Source: a bacterium (lineage in GTDB: Bacteria > Bacillota_I > Bacilli_A > RF39 > UBA660). Taken from it: 51,693 nucleotides of DNA. The stretch lies in NCBI GenBank assembly GCA_963645945.1, contig CAVIUA010000045.1:1-51693 (forward strand), given 5' to 3'. Positions 39,847 through 48,294 of this stretch are shown here, in pieces; the stretch's first letter is position 1, and each line of letters opens with the position of its first letter. Made by a program: the position numbers and the translations under genes. A model generated the notes under the pieces. That model saw nothing but the letters and a program-made list of their open reading frames with translations. It searched no databases and was not told the DNA's origin.

Positions 39847-40368
39847 ATGAAAAAAACTCTTATAATACTAAGTATAATAATTGTATTACTATCCCTAAAT
39901 AAAATAAAAAAAATTACTATTCCTAAAGAATCAATAAGATTTAGAGTAATCGCAAATAGTAATAGTGAACATGATCAAAAAACTAAAAAGGAACTAGTCA
40001 AAAATCTTTACCAAGAAATAGAAACTATCAATAACTATTCTAAAGATATAAAAACATCTCGTGAAATTATAAATAATAATATTCATAACTTTGAAAAAGT
40101 CGTAGAACATACTATTCAAAATGAAACATATAAAGATGACTATGATATCAATTATGGAGAAAACTATTTTCCTGATAAAGAGTACAAAGGAGTTAGTTAT
40201 GAAGAAGGTAACTATGAATCATTAGTGATAACTTTAGGTGATGGCCTAGGAGACAACTTCTGGTGTGTACTATTTCCACCATTATGTCTATTAGAAGCAG
40301 AAGAGACAGATACAAATGAAGTAGAATATACATCATTCATTAAAGAAATAATAGATAAGTATTTTTAA
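39847..40368 (+). CDS. spoIIR: Stage II sporulation protein R-like
   Basis: 173 aa with a signal/TM segment. It contains IRFRVIANSNSEHDQ..K and GDGLGDNFWCVLFPPLC, matching the conserved SpoIIR blocks. Confidence 0.78.
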   Translation: MKKTLIILSIIIVLLSLNKIKKITIPKESIRFRVIANSNSEHDQKTKKELVKNLYQEIETINNYSKDIKTSREIINNNIHNFEKVVEHTIQNETYKDDYDINYGENYFPDKEYKGVSYEEGNYESLVITLGDGLGDNFWCVLFPPLCLLEAEETDTNEVEYTSFIKEIIDKYF

Positions 40369-40401
40369 TAATTATAAGAATAAAATATATAAGGTGATAT
40401 A

Positions 40402-40932
40402 ATGCAGCAACTCCTTATATATTTTATTATTGCTTTAGGACTAAGTATGGATGCCTTTTCTCTAGCAATCGCTTATGGTACAAATAAAATAAGTACTAAA
40501 AAAACAATTATGCTAAGTCTTTGTGTAGGATTCTTTCATTACTTAATGCCTTACTTAGCCTCATCTATTGGAAGAAAAATAGAATTTATAACAACCGGTT
40601 CTAACATCATAGTCGCTCTAATTTTTCTTATTATCGCAATAGAAATGTATATATCAAAAGATGAAGAAATTAAAGGTACTATAACCGGTATTTTTTCCAT
40701 GATAGTATTTGCTTTTACCGTAAGTATAGATAGTTTCTCTATAGGCTTAGCTTTAAGTATAGTAGAAAATAATTTAAATATAGCCTTTTTGATTTTTAGT
40801 ATCATATCATCTATTTTTACTTTATTAGGATTACTACTTGGAAAATATCTGTCAAAAAAATTAGGAAACAAAGCTACATACATTGGAATAACAATTTTAG
40901 TATTATTAGCGATAAAGTACCTTATTAACTAA
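40402..40932 (+). CDS. mntP: Manganese efflux pump MntP (DUF204 x2)
   Basis: 176 aa with six TM segments and the duplicated motifs LSMDAFSLAIAYG and VSIDSFSIGLALS. Confidence 0.8.
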   Translation: MQQLLIYFIIALGLSMDAFSLAIAYGTNKISTKKTIMLSLCVGFFHYLMPYLASSIGRKIEFITTGSNIIVALIFLIIAIEMYISKDEEIKGTITGIFSMIVFAFTVSIDSFSIGLALSIVENNLNIAFLIFSIISSIFTLLGLLLGKYLSKKLGNKATYIGITILVLLAIKYLIN

Positions 40933-40970
40933 TTATTTACAGGATTTATCCCAATAATATAAGTAAAACA

Positions 40971-40999
40971 TTGACAAACAACTTATATTTTTTTATGAT
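40971..40999 (+). promoter_or_regulatory. Sigma-A-type promoter of fba
   Basis: TTGACA at 40971-40976, a 17-nt spacer, and TATGAT at 40994-40999. This explains the false N-terminal extension of the track ORF. Confidence 0.55.
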
Positions 41000-41015
41000 A
41001 AATCTGGGTGATAAG

Positions 41016-41861
41016 ATGTTAGTGAACATGAACCAAATGTTAAAAAAAGCTAAAGATGAACATTATGCGGTACCTCATTTCAATATTAATAATTTGGAAT
41101 GGACTAAATTTATATTAGAAGAATGTAATGAATTAAATATACCCGTTATTTTAGGAGTAAGTGAAGGTGCTGTTAAGTACATGGGCTCATACTTAGTAGT
41201 AGCAGACTTGGTAAAAGCCATGATCAAATCTTTGAATATTAAAATACCAGTATGCCTACATTTAGACCATGGTAGTAGTCCTGAAAGTTGTATTTCCGCA
41301 ATAGACGCCGGTTTTTCATCTGTAATGATTGATGGCTCAAGACTACCATTAAATGAAAATATTAAAATAACAAAAGAAGTTGTTTCGTATGCTCATGAAA
41401 GAGGGATAAGTGTTGAAGCAGAAGTTGGTCATATAGGAACAACAAATGATAATATGACAAAAAAAGAAACAAATGCAACATTAGAAGACTGTCAAATATT
41501 ATTTGAAAATACAAATATTGATGCTTTAGCAGCAGCCCTTGGAAGTGTTCACGGATTCTATAAAAAAGAAGCTAATCTTGATTTTGAAACAATGGAATTA
41601 ATTAGTAAAAGTTTACCAGTCCCATTAGTATTACATGGAGGAACTGGAATTCCAGATGATAAAATCAGAATGGCTATATCAAAAGGAATATCAAAAATTA
41701 ATATTAACACTGAGCTTCAGTCAGTATGGAGTAAGGCCGTAAGAAAGTATCTTTTAGAGAATGAAGATGTTTATGACCCAAGAAAAATAATTTCATCAGG
41801 TGAAGCTGCAATGAAAGAAAGAATCTCAGAAATTGTAACGCTATTTGGAACCAAGATATAA
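41016..41861 (+). CDS. fba: Class II fructose-1,6-bisphosphate aldolase
   Basis: 281 aa from the ATG at 41016. It contains YAVPHFNINNLEW, LHLDHGSS, VMIDGS and LVLHGGTGIP. Confidence 0.92.
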   Translation: MLVNMNQMLKKAKDEHYAVPHFNINNLEWTKFILEECNELNIPVILGVSEGAVKYMGSYLVVADLVKAMIKSLNIKIPVCLHLDHGSSPESCISAIDAGFSSVMIDGSRLPLNENIKITKEVVSYAHERGISVEAEVGHIGTTNDNMTKKETNATLEDCQILFENTNIDALAAALGSVHGFYKKEANLDFETMELISKSLPVPLVLHGGTGIPDDKIRMAISKGISKININTELQSVWSKAVRKYLLENEDVYDPRKIISSGEAAMKERISEIVTLFGTKI

Positions 41862-41888
41862 AATATACTAGGTAGATGGAGGTGTAGA

Positions 41889-43142
41889 ATGAAAGTTATT
41901 GAAATAGACGGAGGTCATAAACTAACAGGAAGTATTAGAGTTTCCGGAGCAAAAAACGCAACAGTTGCTCTTATACCTGCAGCAATATTAACAGATGAAG
42001 AAGTAACAATATGCAATGTTCCAGAAATAACTGATACAAATGACCTATGTGCAATACTAAACACATTAAAAGTAGATATAAAAAGGGCAAGTGAAAGTAT
42101 AATTATAAATCCAAGTAAGATGGAAAATATAGAAATAACTGAAGAATTTTCAAAAAAATTAAGAGCATCATATTACTTCATGGGCGCATTACTAGGAAAA
42201 TATGGGAAAGCTGTTATGTACTTTCCAGGAGGATGTTCTATAGGTGCAAGACCAATAGATTTGCACTTAAAAGGATTTGAAGCGTTAGGTGCTAAAGTTA
42301 CTATTGAAAAAAATAAATATACAGTAGAAGCGGATGAATTAAAAGGAGCCAATGTATATTTAGATATTGCCTCAGTAGGAGCAACAATAAACATTATGTT
42401 AGCAGCCGTAAAAGCTAAAGGTAAAACAATAATAGATAATGCGGCAAAAGAGCCTGAAATAGTAAACGTTGCTACATTCTTAAATAACATGGGTGCAAAA
42501 ATCACTGGTGCCGGAACCTCAACAATAAAAATAGAAGGAGTAGATTATCTTCATCAATGTTTTCATGAAGTAATACCAGATCGTATTGAAGCTGGAACCT
42601 ACATAATCATTGGTGCTTTATCAGGAGCTCCATTAAAAGTAGATAATATTATTCCAGAACATATAGATTCATTAATATCAAAACTAGAAGAAATAGGCGT
42701 TAACCTTGAACTCGGTTCGGATTATGTATTAATTAATTCTAAAGAGTCATATAAATCAACAAATATAAAAACAGCTGTATATCCAGGCTTTCCAACTGAC
42801 TTGCAGCAACCATTTACAGTACTTTTAACACAAAGTTCTGGTAAGTCAAAAGTAACTGAAACAATATGGGAAAACCGTTTCATGCATATCCCATACTTAA
42901 ATGATTTAGGTGCTGATATTACCGTAAAAAATCAAACCGCAACAATACTTGGTCCAACAAAATTAAAAGGTTGTCAAGTTGTCGCAACTGATCTTAGAGC
43001 GGGAGCTGCCATGATTGCCGCAGGATTAAAAGCTGATGGCAGAACAACAATAACAAACGCCGAACATATTTTAAGAGGATATGAAGATATAGTTGAAAAA
43101 CTATCTGAAGTAGGTGCTAAAATAAGAATAAAAGAAATATAA
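41889..43142 (+). CDS. murA: UDP-N-acetylglucosamine 1-carboxyvinyltransferase
   Basis: 417 aa. It contains VSGAKNA, the active-site loop PGGCSIGARPIDLH, and the C-terminal RGYE.I..KL..LGA.I. Confidence 0.95.
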   Translation: MKVIEIDGGHKLTGSIRVSGAKNATVALIPAAILTDEEVTICNVPEITDTNDLCAILNTLKVDIKRASESIIINPSKMENIEITEEFSKKLRASYYFMGALLGKYGKAVMYFPGGCSIGARPIDLHLKGFEALGAKVTIEKNKYTVEADELKGANVYLDIASVGATINIMLAAVKAKGKTIIDNAAKEPEIVNVATFLNNMGAKITGAGTSTIKIEGVDYLHQCFHEVIPDRIEAGTYIIIGALSGAPLKVDNIIPEHIDSLISKLEEIGVNLELGSDYVLINSKESYKSTNIKTAVYPGFPTDLQQPFTVLLTQSSGKSKVTETIWENRFMHIPYLNDLGADITVKNQTATILGPTKLKGCQVVATDLRAGAAMIAAGLKADGRTTITNAEHILRGYEDIVEKLSEVGAKIRIKEI

Positions 43143-43166
43143 TTATATAGTTATATTTCTTTTTTA
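43134..43166 (+). terminator. Putative murA terminator (A/T-only stem)
   Basis: GAAATATAA-ttatatag-TTATATTTC followed by TTTTTTATTT. The stem is weak because it is almost pure A/T. Confidence 0.45.
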
Positions 43167-43184
43167 TTTATAAGAAATTTTCTT

Positions 43185-43500
43185 TCTACTTTTTTAAATT
43201 TTATAATTTTGCCTATTGAAAACAAATGTTTGTATCGCAATAAAATAAGACAAGATTATGGAGGTGTTATTTTATGTATAAAGCTGATAAGTTCAAACTA
43301 CATCCTATTTGAGTTATACTAAAAATACTAGTAATATAAATAATTTGTCAAAACAATTAAAAAAATTACAAATAAAAGAATTAGTACGGCAGCGACTGTC
43401 GGAATTTAAGCCTATGGAGAATAGAGGTTACTCTATCTGTGAAGTAGGAAATTTGATCGGTGACGACCAAACAAAAACGACAAATTAAAATTTGTCCTTT
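43185..43500 (+). mobile_element. Internally deleted IS200/IS605-family (tnpB-type) element remnant
   Basis: The left part (about 43185-43300) is roughly 80 percent identical by eye to 51577-51693. The shared part includes a promoter-like TTGA(A/C)A, a CAAATGTTTG palindrome, RBS GGAGGTG, and ATGTATAAAGCT. The right part encodes a TnpB-like C-terminal tail and ends in the hairpin GACAAATT-AA-AATTTGTC at 43479-43496. Boundaries are approximate. Confidence 0.6.
43274..43488 (+). pseudogene. tnpB: tnpB remnant (12-codon N-terminal stub plus out-of-frame C-terminal tail)
   Basis: The stub MYKADKFKLHPI* (43274-43312) resembles the canonical TnpB start MYKAYKFRLYPN. A different frame (43291-43488) reads ...NINNLSKQLKKLQIKELVRQRLSEFKPMENRGYSICEVGNLIGDDQTKTTN*, resembling TnpB C-termini. 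About 1 kb of the expected gene is missing. Confidence 0.55.
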
Positions 43501-43517
43501 GTTCTTTTGGAGGCGTT

Positions 43518-44261
43518 ATGAAGTTTATAAAAAAACACTATAAATTATTGATAAGTATTTTAGTATGCCTACAAGTATTTGTAATATTTAAAGAAAACAA
43601 TAAAAACAACCAAAATTATTTATCATTAGGAGATGGCTTTGCCCTAGGAAAAGATTCATATGGGCAAGTTGATTATGGCTATAGTGACTATTTAAAAGAC
43701 TATTTAAAAGAAAATGACTATTTAAATAGGTACATAAAATCATTTTCAGAAGAAAAAATGTCCATATCAGAATTAGAAAGTAAAATAACAGTTAATAAAA
43801 AAATAAACATAGGTAATCAAGAAATAAATTTAAAACAAACCTTAAGGGAAAGTACCATTTTAACACTTTCTATAGGATTGAATGATTTGATTTATCAAAT
43901 GAGTATAGCCAATGTTCTAACTGACAGTAAATTGGATAGAATAATTACTAACATTGAAAAAGATTTTAACAGTTTAATTATAGAACTAAAAAAATATTAT
44001 CAATATGATATATACGTAATAGGATATTACAACATAAATCCAACTAATTACTTTCTAACAACAGGTATCAATAAACTAAATAACATTTATAAAAATAATA
44101 AAGATATAATTTACATAGATATATATGAAGATTTTCAAAATAATAAAAATTTTCGTTCTAGAAAGCAAAATATTTATCCAAATAGACATGGATATCAAGC
44201 AATTTCTAATAAAATAATAGATAAAATGGCTAAAAGACTTGAAAAACAAAAAAATAACTGA
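43518..44261 (+). CDS. SGNH/GDSL-fold protein, probably catalytically inactive
   Basis: 247 aa with an N-terminal TM/signal. Block I reads LGDGF (GDG instead of GDS). Block III, SIGLNDL, is intact. Block V reads QNIYPNRHGYQAIS where D..HPN..GY..IA is expected. Confidence 0.6.
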   Translation: MKFIKKHYKLLISILVCLQVFVIFKENNKNNQNYLSLGDGFALGKDSYGQVDYGYSDYLKDYLKENDYLNRYIKSFSEEKMSISELESKITVNKKINIGNQEINLKQTLRESTILTLSIGLNDLIYQMSIANVLTDSKLDRIITNIEKDFNSLIIELKKYYQYDIYVIGYYNINPTNYFLTTGINKLNNIYKNNKDIIYIDIYEDFQNNKNFRSRKQNIYPNRHGYQAISNKIIDKMAKRLEKQKNN

Positions 44262-44321
44262 TATACTAATAGCGCATTTAATTACTATGACAAACGTTGT
44301 CATGGCGGAAGGAGAGATCGT

Positions 44322-44540
44322 ATGAAAAAGGATATACATCCAACAATGGTAGATTGTAAAGTTACTTGCGCTTGTGGAGAAACATTTACAGTTAAATCAA
44401 CAAAACCAGAAATAAGTGTTGAAGTTTGTTCAAAATGTCATCCATTCTATACTGGAAAACAAAGTAGAGCATCTCGTGCTGGTAGAGTAGATAAATTTAA
44501 TAGAAAATATGGTTTAAATCAAAATGAAACTGCCGAATAA
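44322..44540 (+). CDS. rpmE: 50S ribosomal protein L31 (Cys-containing type)
   Basis: [22 protein letters not shown]....[13 protein letters not shown]; 72 aa. Confidence 0.93.
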   Translation: MKKDIHPTMVDCKVTCACGETFTVKSTKPEISVEVCSKCHPFYTGKQSRASRAGRVDKFNRKYGLNQNETAE

Positions 44541-44593
44541 GCGGTTTTTTCTTTTCAAATTTATGTTATAATTACAAAGAGGAGATAGAAAAT

Positions 44594-45037
44594 ATGAAGA
44601 TAGGTTTTGCTAGTGACCATAGAGGTTACAAATTAAAAAAAGAATTAATAAATGAATTAAAAAAAGAAAACTATGAAATAATAGATTATGGAACTGATAG
44701 TGAAGAATCAACTGATTATCCAGATTATGCTTTTAAATTAGGAGAAAGTGTTGTTAATAAAAATGTTGATTTTGGAGTAGCAATCTGTGGTTCAGGCATA
44801 GGAATAAGTATTGCTTGTAATAAAGTAAAAGGTATTCGTTGCGCAAAAGTTTCAACAAAAGAAGAAGCAGAAGTAACTAGAATTGATAATGATTCAAACA
44901 TAGTAGCATTTGGCGAAAAAACATCATTTGATGAAGCTCTTGCTATAGTTAAAACATTTATTAATACAGAATGTTCAGATTTAGAAAAACACAAAAGAAG
45001 AATTAATAAAATAAAAGAATATGAGGAAACACACTAA
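44594..45037 (+). CDS. rpiB: Ribose-5-phosphate isomerase B (RpiB/LacAB family)
   Basis: 147 aa. It contains MKIGFASDHRGYKLK and GVAICGSGIGISIACNKVKGIRCA. Confidence 0.9.
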   Translation: MKIGFASDHRGYKLKKELINELKKENYEIIDYGTDSEESTDYPDYAFKLGESVVNKNVDFGVAICGSGIGISIACNKVKGIRCAKVSTKEEAEVTRIDNDSNIVAFGEKTSFDEALAIVKTFINTECSDLEKHKRRINKIKEYEETH

Positions 45038-45234
45038 TGTCAGGTAAATTTTTTCTATATGTAGCAGTAACCATTCTAGTAATTTGGTCATTAGATTCCG
45101 TAAATATAAATCAAATTTTCAAGAAAAACAAAATAATTCAAGCAAGAGTATTTTACTTTTTACTAGGCATTTCAATGATTTATTTAGTAACTAATTTTAT
45201 AATGGATTTATTTACTTCTGGAAAAATTTTTTAA
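45037..45234 (+). CDS. Small two-TM membrane protein (DUF1146/YwzB-like)
   Basis: 65 aa, coupled to rpiB by an ATG overlapping the stop codon. Its two TM segments are separated by a basic loop (KKNKIIQAR). The family assignment is from memory of a similar pattern. Confidence 0.45.
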   Translation: MSGKFFLYVAVTILVIWSLDSVNINQIFKKNKIIQARVFYFLLGISMIYLVTNFIMDLFTSGKIF

Positions 45235-45285
45235 AAGAAGTATAAATCTTTTTTTTTTGGTTAAAACTTATAATGAGGTGAAAAA

Positions 45286-45918
45286 ATGGTAAAAAGAAAA
45301 TTAAAATCCTTTGTAATACCGAGTATTGCTGTTTTTCTAATAATAGTAGGTGCATTCATTAGTATTGTAAATATGAAAGATTCAGGAAAAAATGAAGAAC
45401 TAAGTAATGTTGATTTTGTAACTAACACAATTTTAAATGATGATGTAGCTGTTATTAATACTAGTACTAAAGTAATTAATCCATACACTGATCAAACTGT
45501 AACTGTAGGCAAATCATTTTATGATTTCAGAGGAACTGCAGAACAACAAGAAAAATCTATTATCTATCATGACAATACATACTTACAAAATACAGGAATA
45601 GATTTTATAAGTCAAAATGTATTTGAAATAGTATCAGTATTACCAGGAACAGTAGCAGATGTTAGTGATAATGAAAGTTTAGGTAAAACAGTTCAAATAA
45701 AACATGACAATGGATACGTATCAGTATATCAAAGTTTATCAGAAGTTTCGGTAAAAAAAGGAGATAGTATTAATCAAGGACAAGTAATAGGTAAGTCTGG
45801 AACTAATGAACTAGATAAAGAAATAGGAAACCATTTACATTTTGAGTTTTATTCATCAGGTCAAATCGTAGATCCTAACCTTTATTTAGATAAAGAGTTA
45901 TCAAAAAAAGAAGAGTAA
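45286..45918 (+). CDS. Membrane-anchored degenerate LytM/M23-domain protein (SpoIIQ-like)
   Basis: 210 aa with an N-terminal TM. In the M23 domain the HxxxD motif is replaced by NTGID, while HLHFEF is retained. It lies immediately upstream of the mreB/mbl-type gene. Confidence 0.55.
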   Translation: MVKRKLKSFVIPSIAVFLIIVGAFISIVNMKDSGKNEELSNVDFVTNTILNDDVAVINTSTKVINPYTDQTVTVGKSFYDFRGTAEQQEKSIIYHDNTYLQNTGIDFISQNVFEIVSVLPGTVADVSDNESLGKTVQIKHDNGYVSVYQSLSEVSVKKGDSINQGQVIGKSGTNELDKEIGNHLHFEFYSSGQIVDPNLYLDKELSKKEE

Positions 45919-46011
45919 TACTATATTACTCTTTTTTTAATAAAAAAAGAGAAAGAATAATATATTATAAGTAAAAGAGATGTGATAAAATTAAAAAGAA
46001 AGGAATGTGAC

Positions 46012-47013
46012 ATGATGTTAGCAAAAGATATAGGTATAGATTTAGGAACGGCAAACGTTTTAATATATATAAAAGGACAAGGCATTGTTTTAAATGAACC
46101 GAGTATTGTTGCTGTTGAGACTGAGACAAAAAAAGTAATAGCAGTAGGAGAATCAGCAAGAGAAATGTTAGGAAGAACACCAGGTAAAATAAAAGCCATC
46201 AAACCAATGAAAGATGGCGTCATTGCTGATTTTGAAATTACTGAAATAATGCTAAATGAATTTATTAAGAAAATAAAGGGCAGAAATTTATTTTCAAGAC
46301 CGAGAATATTAGTTTGTTGTCCTACTAATATTACACAAGTTGAAAAAAATGCCATTAAAGAAGCTGCTGAACGAACTGGTGCAAGAAGAGTTTATATAGA
46401 AGAAGAACCAAAGGTAGCCGCTATTGGAGCTGGCATGGATATATCAAAACCAGAAGCAAACATGGTAGTGGACATTGGTGGAGGAACAACAGATATAGCA
46501 ATTCTATCACTTAATGGTATAGTTGTATCATCTTCAATAAAATTAGCAGGTAATGTATTTGATCAAGATATAATAAGATATATAAGAGATAAATATAAAC
46601 TTCTTATCGGTGAAAAAACGGCTGAAGACATCAAAATAAACTTTGCTACTGTTTATAAACCAAGTCGTAAGCAAAAGAAAGAAGTAAAAGGCAGAAGTTT
46701 AATAACTGGCTTACCATCAACAATAGAAATTACACAAGATGAAACAACTGAAGCACTAAAAGAAAGTACAACAAAAATTATTAAAGAAACAATAGCTGTA
46801 TTAGAACAAGCAGATCCAGAATTATCCGCAGATATTGTGGAAAAAGGAATTGTTCTAACAGGTGGTGGAGCTCTTTTAAATGGCTTAATCAATTTATTTG
46901 AACAAGAATTAAAAGTACCAATACTTATCGCAACCTCACCATTAACTTGTGTTGCTGAAGGAACAGGCGTACTTTTAGAAGATATAAGAAGATTAGAAAA
47001 TGACCAAAATTAA
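46012..47013 (+). CDS. mreB: Actin-like rod-shape protein MreB/Mbl family
   Basis: 333 aa from the ATG at 46012. It contains DIGIDLGTANVLIY, DIGGGTTDIA and VLTGGGALL. No mreC/mreD follows, which makes it Mbl-like in context. Confidence 0.93.
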   Translation: MMLAKDIGIDLGTANVLIYIKGQGIVLNEPSIVAVETETKKVIAVGESAREMLGRTPGKIKAIKPMKDGVIADFEITEIMLNEFIKKIKGRNLFSRPRILVCCPTNITQVEKNAIKEAAERTGARRVYIEEEPKVAAIGAGMDISKPEANMVVDIGGGTTDIAILSLNGIVVSSSIKLAGNVFDQDIIRYIRDKYKLLIGEKTAEDIKINFATVYKPSRKQKKEVKGRSLITGLPSTIEITQDETTEALKESTTKIIKETIAVLEQADPELSADIVEKGIVLTGGGALLNGLINLFEQELKVPILIATSPLTCVAEGTGVLLEDIRRLENDQN

Positions 47014-47119
47014 AGTGTGTCATTTTTGTTTTTAATTATAAAAAAGCTGTAAGCACTAGTTTATTCTTGCGTATATACTGAAATTTGGTATAATTAAAGA
47101 GGAAAGAAGTGAAAAAAAC

Positions 47120-48238
47120 ATGAGAACACAAATTCTTGAATCAAGTAAAATTGTTCTGGTAACATTTCTTTTTTCTGCATTAATAATGATTTTAATGAAA
47201 AAAGTTGCCGTTCATATTGGAGCTATGGACATACCAAGAACTGAAGAAGGAAACAGACATATCCATAAAGTCGCTACTCCAAAACTTGGCGGTGTTGGAA
47301 TATTTTTGTCCTTTCTGTTTGGATATATGCTTTTCGGTGAACAAAGTATAAGAATGAATTCAATTCTAATAGGTAGTTTTATGGTAGTATTAACCGGAAT
47401 AGTTGATGATATAAAACCGATACGACCATACCAAAAATTACTAGGACACATAGCAGCAGCTTCAGTTATAACATTTTATGGCGGAATAAGACTAGACAAC
47501 ATTACAGCATTTGGCTTTTACATTGACTTTGGTATTATGTCTTATCCATTAACGATATTATTTTTGATAGCGTGTACAAATATAATCAATTTAATAGATG
47601 GTCTGGATGGACTGTCTGGTGGTATATGCAGTATATTTTATTTAACAATTGGTATAATTGGTTTCTACCAAGGTAGATATGGAAGCTTAGTAATGATATT
47701 AACGTTTATTATGTTAGGATCAACATTGGGATTTTTATTGCATAACTTTCACCCGGCAAAAATATTTGCAGGTGACTGTGCAACGTTCATGGGCTTCATT
47801 ATTGGAGTAATAACTTTACTCGAATTTAAAGGCCCAGCACTAATATCATTTTTTGTACCAGTTACAATATTAGGCATACCAATACTAGATACTCTATTTG
47901 CTATAATAAGAAGATTATTGAGAGGACAACCGCCATTTCAAGCAGATAAAGAACATTTACACCATCAATTATTAGGTATGAATTTTTCACAACAAACTAC
48001 AGTATTAATAATTTATGGAATAAACATTTTATTTGCTGCGGCATCATTACTATATACATTAAAAGATCCAATATTAGGAAAAATAATATATATCATAATA
48101 TTGATAATAGTCTTATGGTTTGTGTTCCACACGACAATAATATCTGATAAAAATCCAAAAATAACACAAAAAATCGAATCGAAATTAGGATTTAAAAAAA
48201 GAAAGCAAAAAAATAATAAACTAAAGAGTACTAAGTAG
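47120..48238 (+). CDS. tagO: Undecaprenyl-phosphate GlcNAc-1-phosphate transferase (GT4, TagO/WecA-like)
   Basis: 372 aa and polytopic. It contains IVDDIKPI, NLIDGLDGL and HPAKIFAGDCATF. Confidence 0.85.
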   Translation: MRTQILESSKIVLVTFLFSALIMILMKKVAVHIGAMDIPRTEEGNRHIHKVATPKLGGVGIFLSFLFGYMLFGEQSIRMNSILIGSFMVVLTGIVDDIKPIRPYQKLLGHIAAASVITFYGGIRLDNITAFGFYIDFGIMSYPLTILFLIACTNIINLIDGLDGLSGGICSIFYLTIGIIGFYQGRYGSLVMILTFIMLGSTLGFLLHNFHPAKIFAGDCATFMGFIIGVITLLEFKGPALISFFVPVTILGIPILDTLFAIIRRLLRGQPPFQADKEHLHHQLLGMNFSQQTTVLIIYGINILFAAASLLYTLKDPILGKIIYIIILIIVLWFVFHTTIISDKNPKITQKIESKLGFKKRKQKNNKLKSTK

Positions 48239-48253
48239 TAGTACTCTTTTTAA
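48224..48253 (+). terminator. Rho-independent terminator after tagO
   Basis: AAGAGTACT-aagtagt-AGTACTCTT followed by TTT. It overlaps the tagO stop codon. Confidence 0.75.
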
Positions 48254-48294
48254 ATTAACTAAAATAAATGGAAAAATCTGGAAAAGGAGATAAT

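Noticed and set aside
40369-40401. I looked for a yybP-ykoY manganese riboswitch upstream of mntP.
   Set aside because: The gap to spoIIR is only 33 nt, too short for the riboswitch. mntP is probably co-transcribed or regulated by a protein.
44287-44303. The hairpin ATGACAA-acg-TTGTCAT just upstream of the rpmE RBS, considered as a Zur box or regulatory operator.
   Set aside because: It does not resemble the Firmicute Zur-box consensus as I recall it. A short 7-bp stem could simply be mRNA structure. There is no second copy in the window.
45921-46355. A 144-aa minus-strand ORF overlapping the start of mreB/mbl.
   Set aside because: It overlaps the clearly real MreB N-terminus (DIGIDLGTANV). 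It is hydrophobic and low-complexity, and has no RBS.
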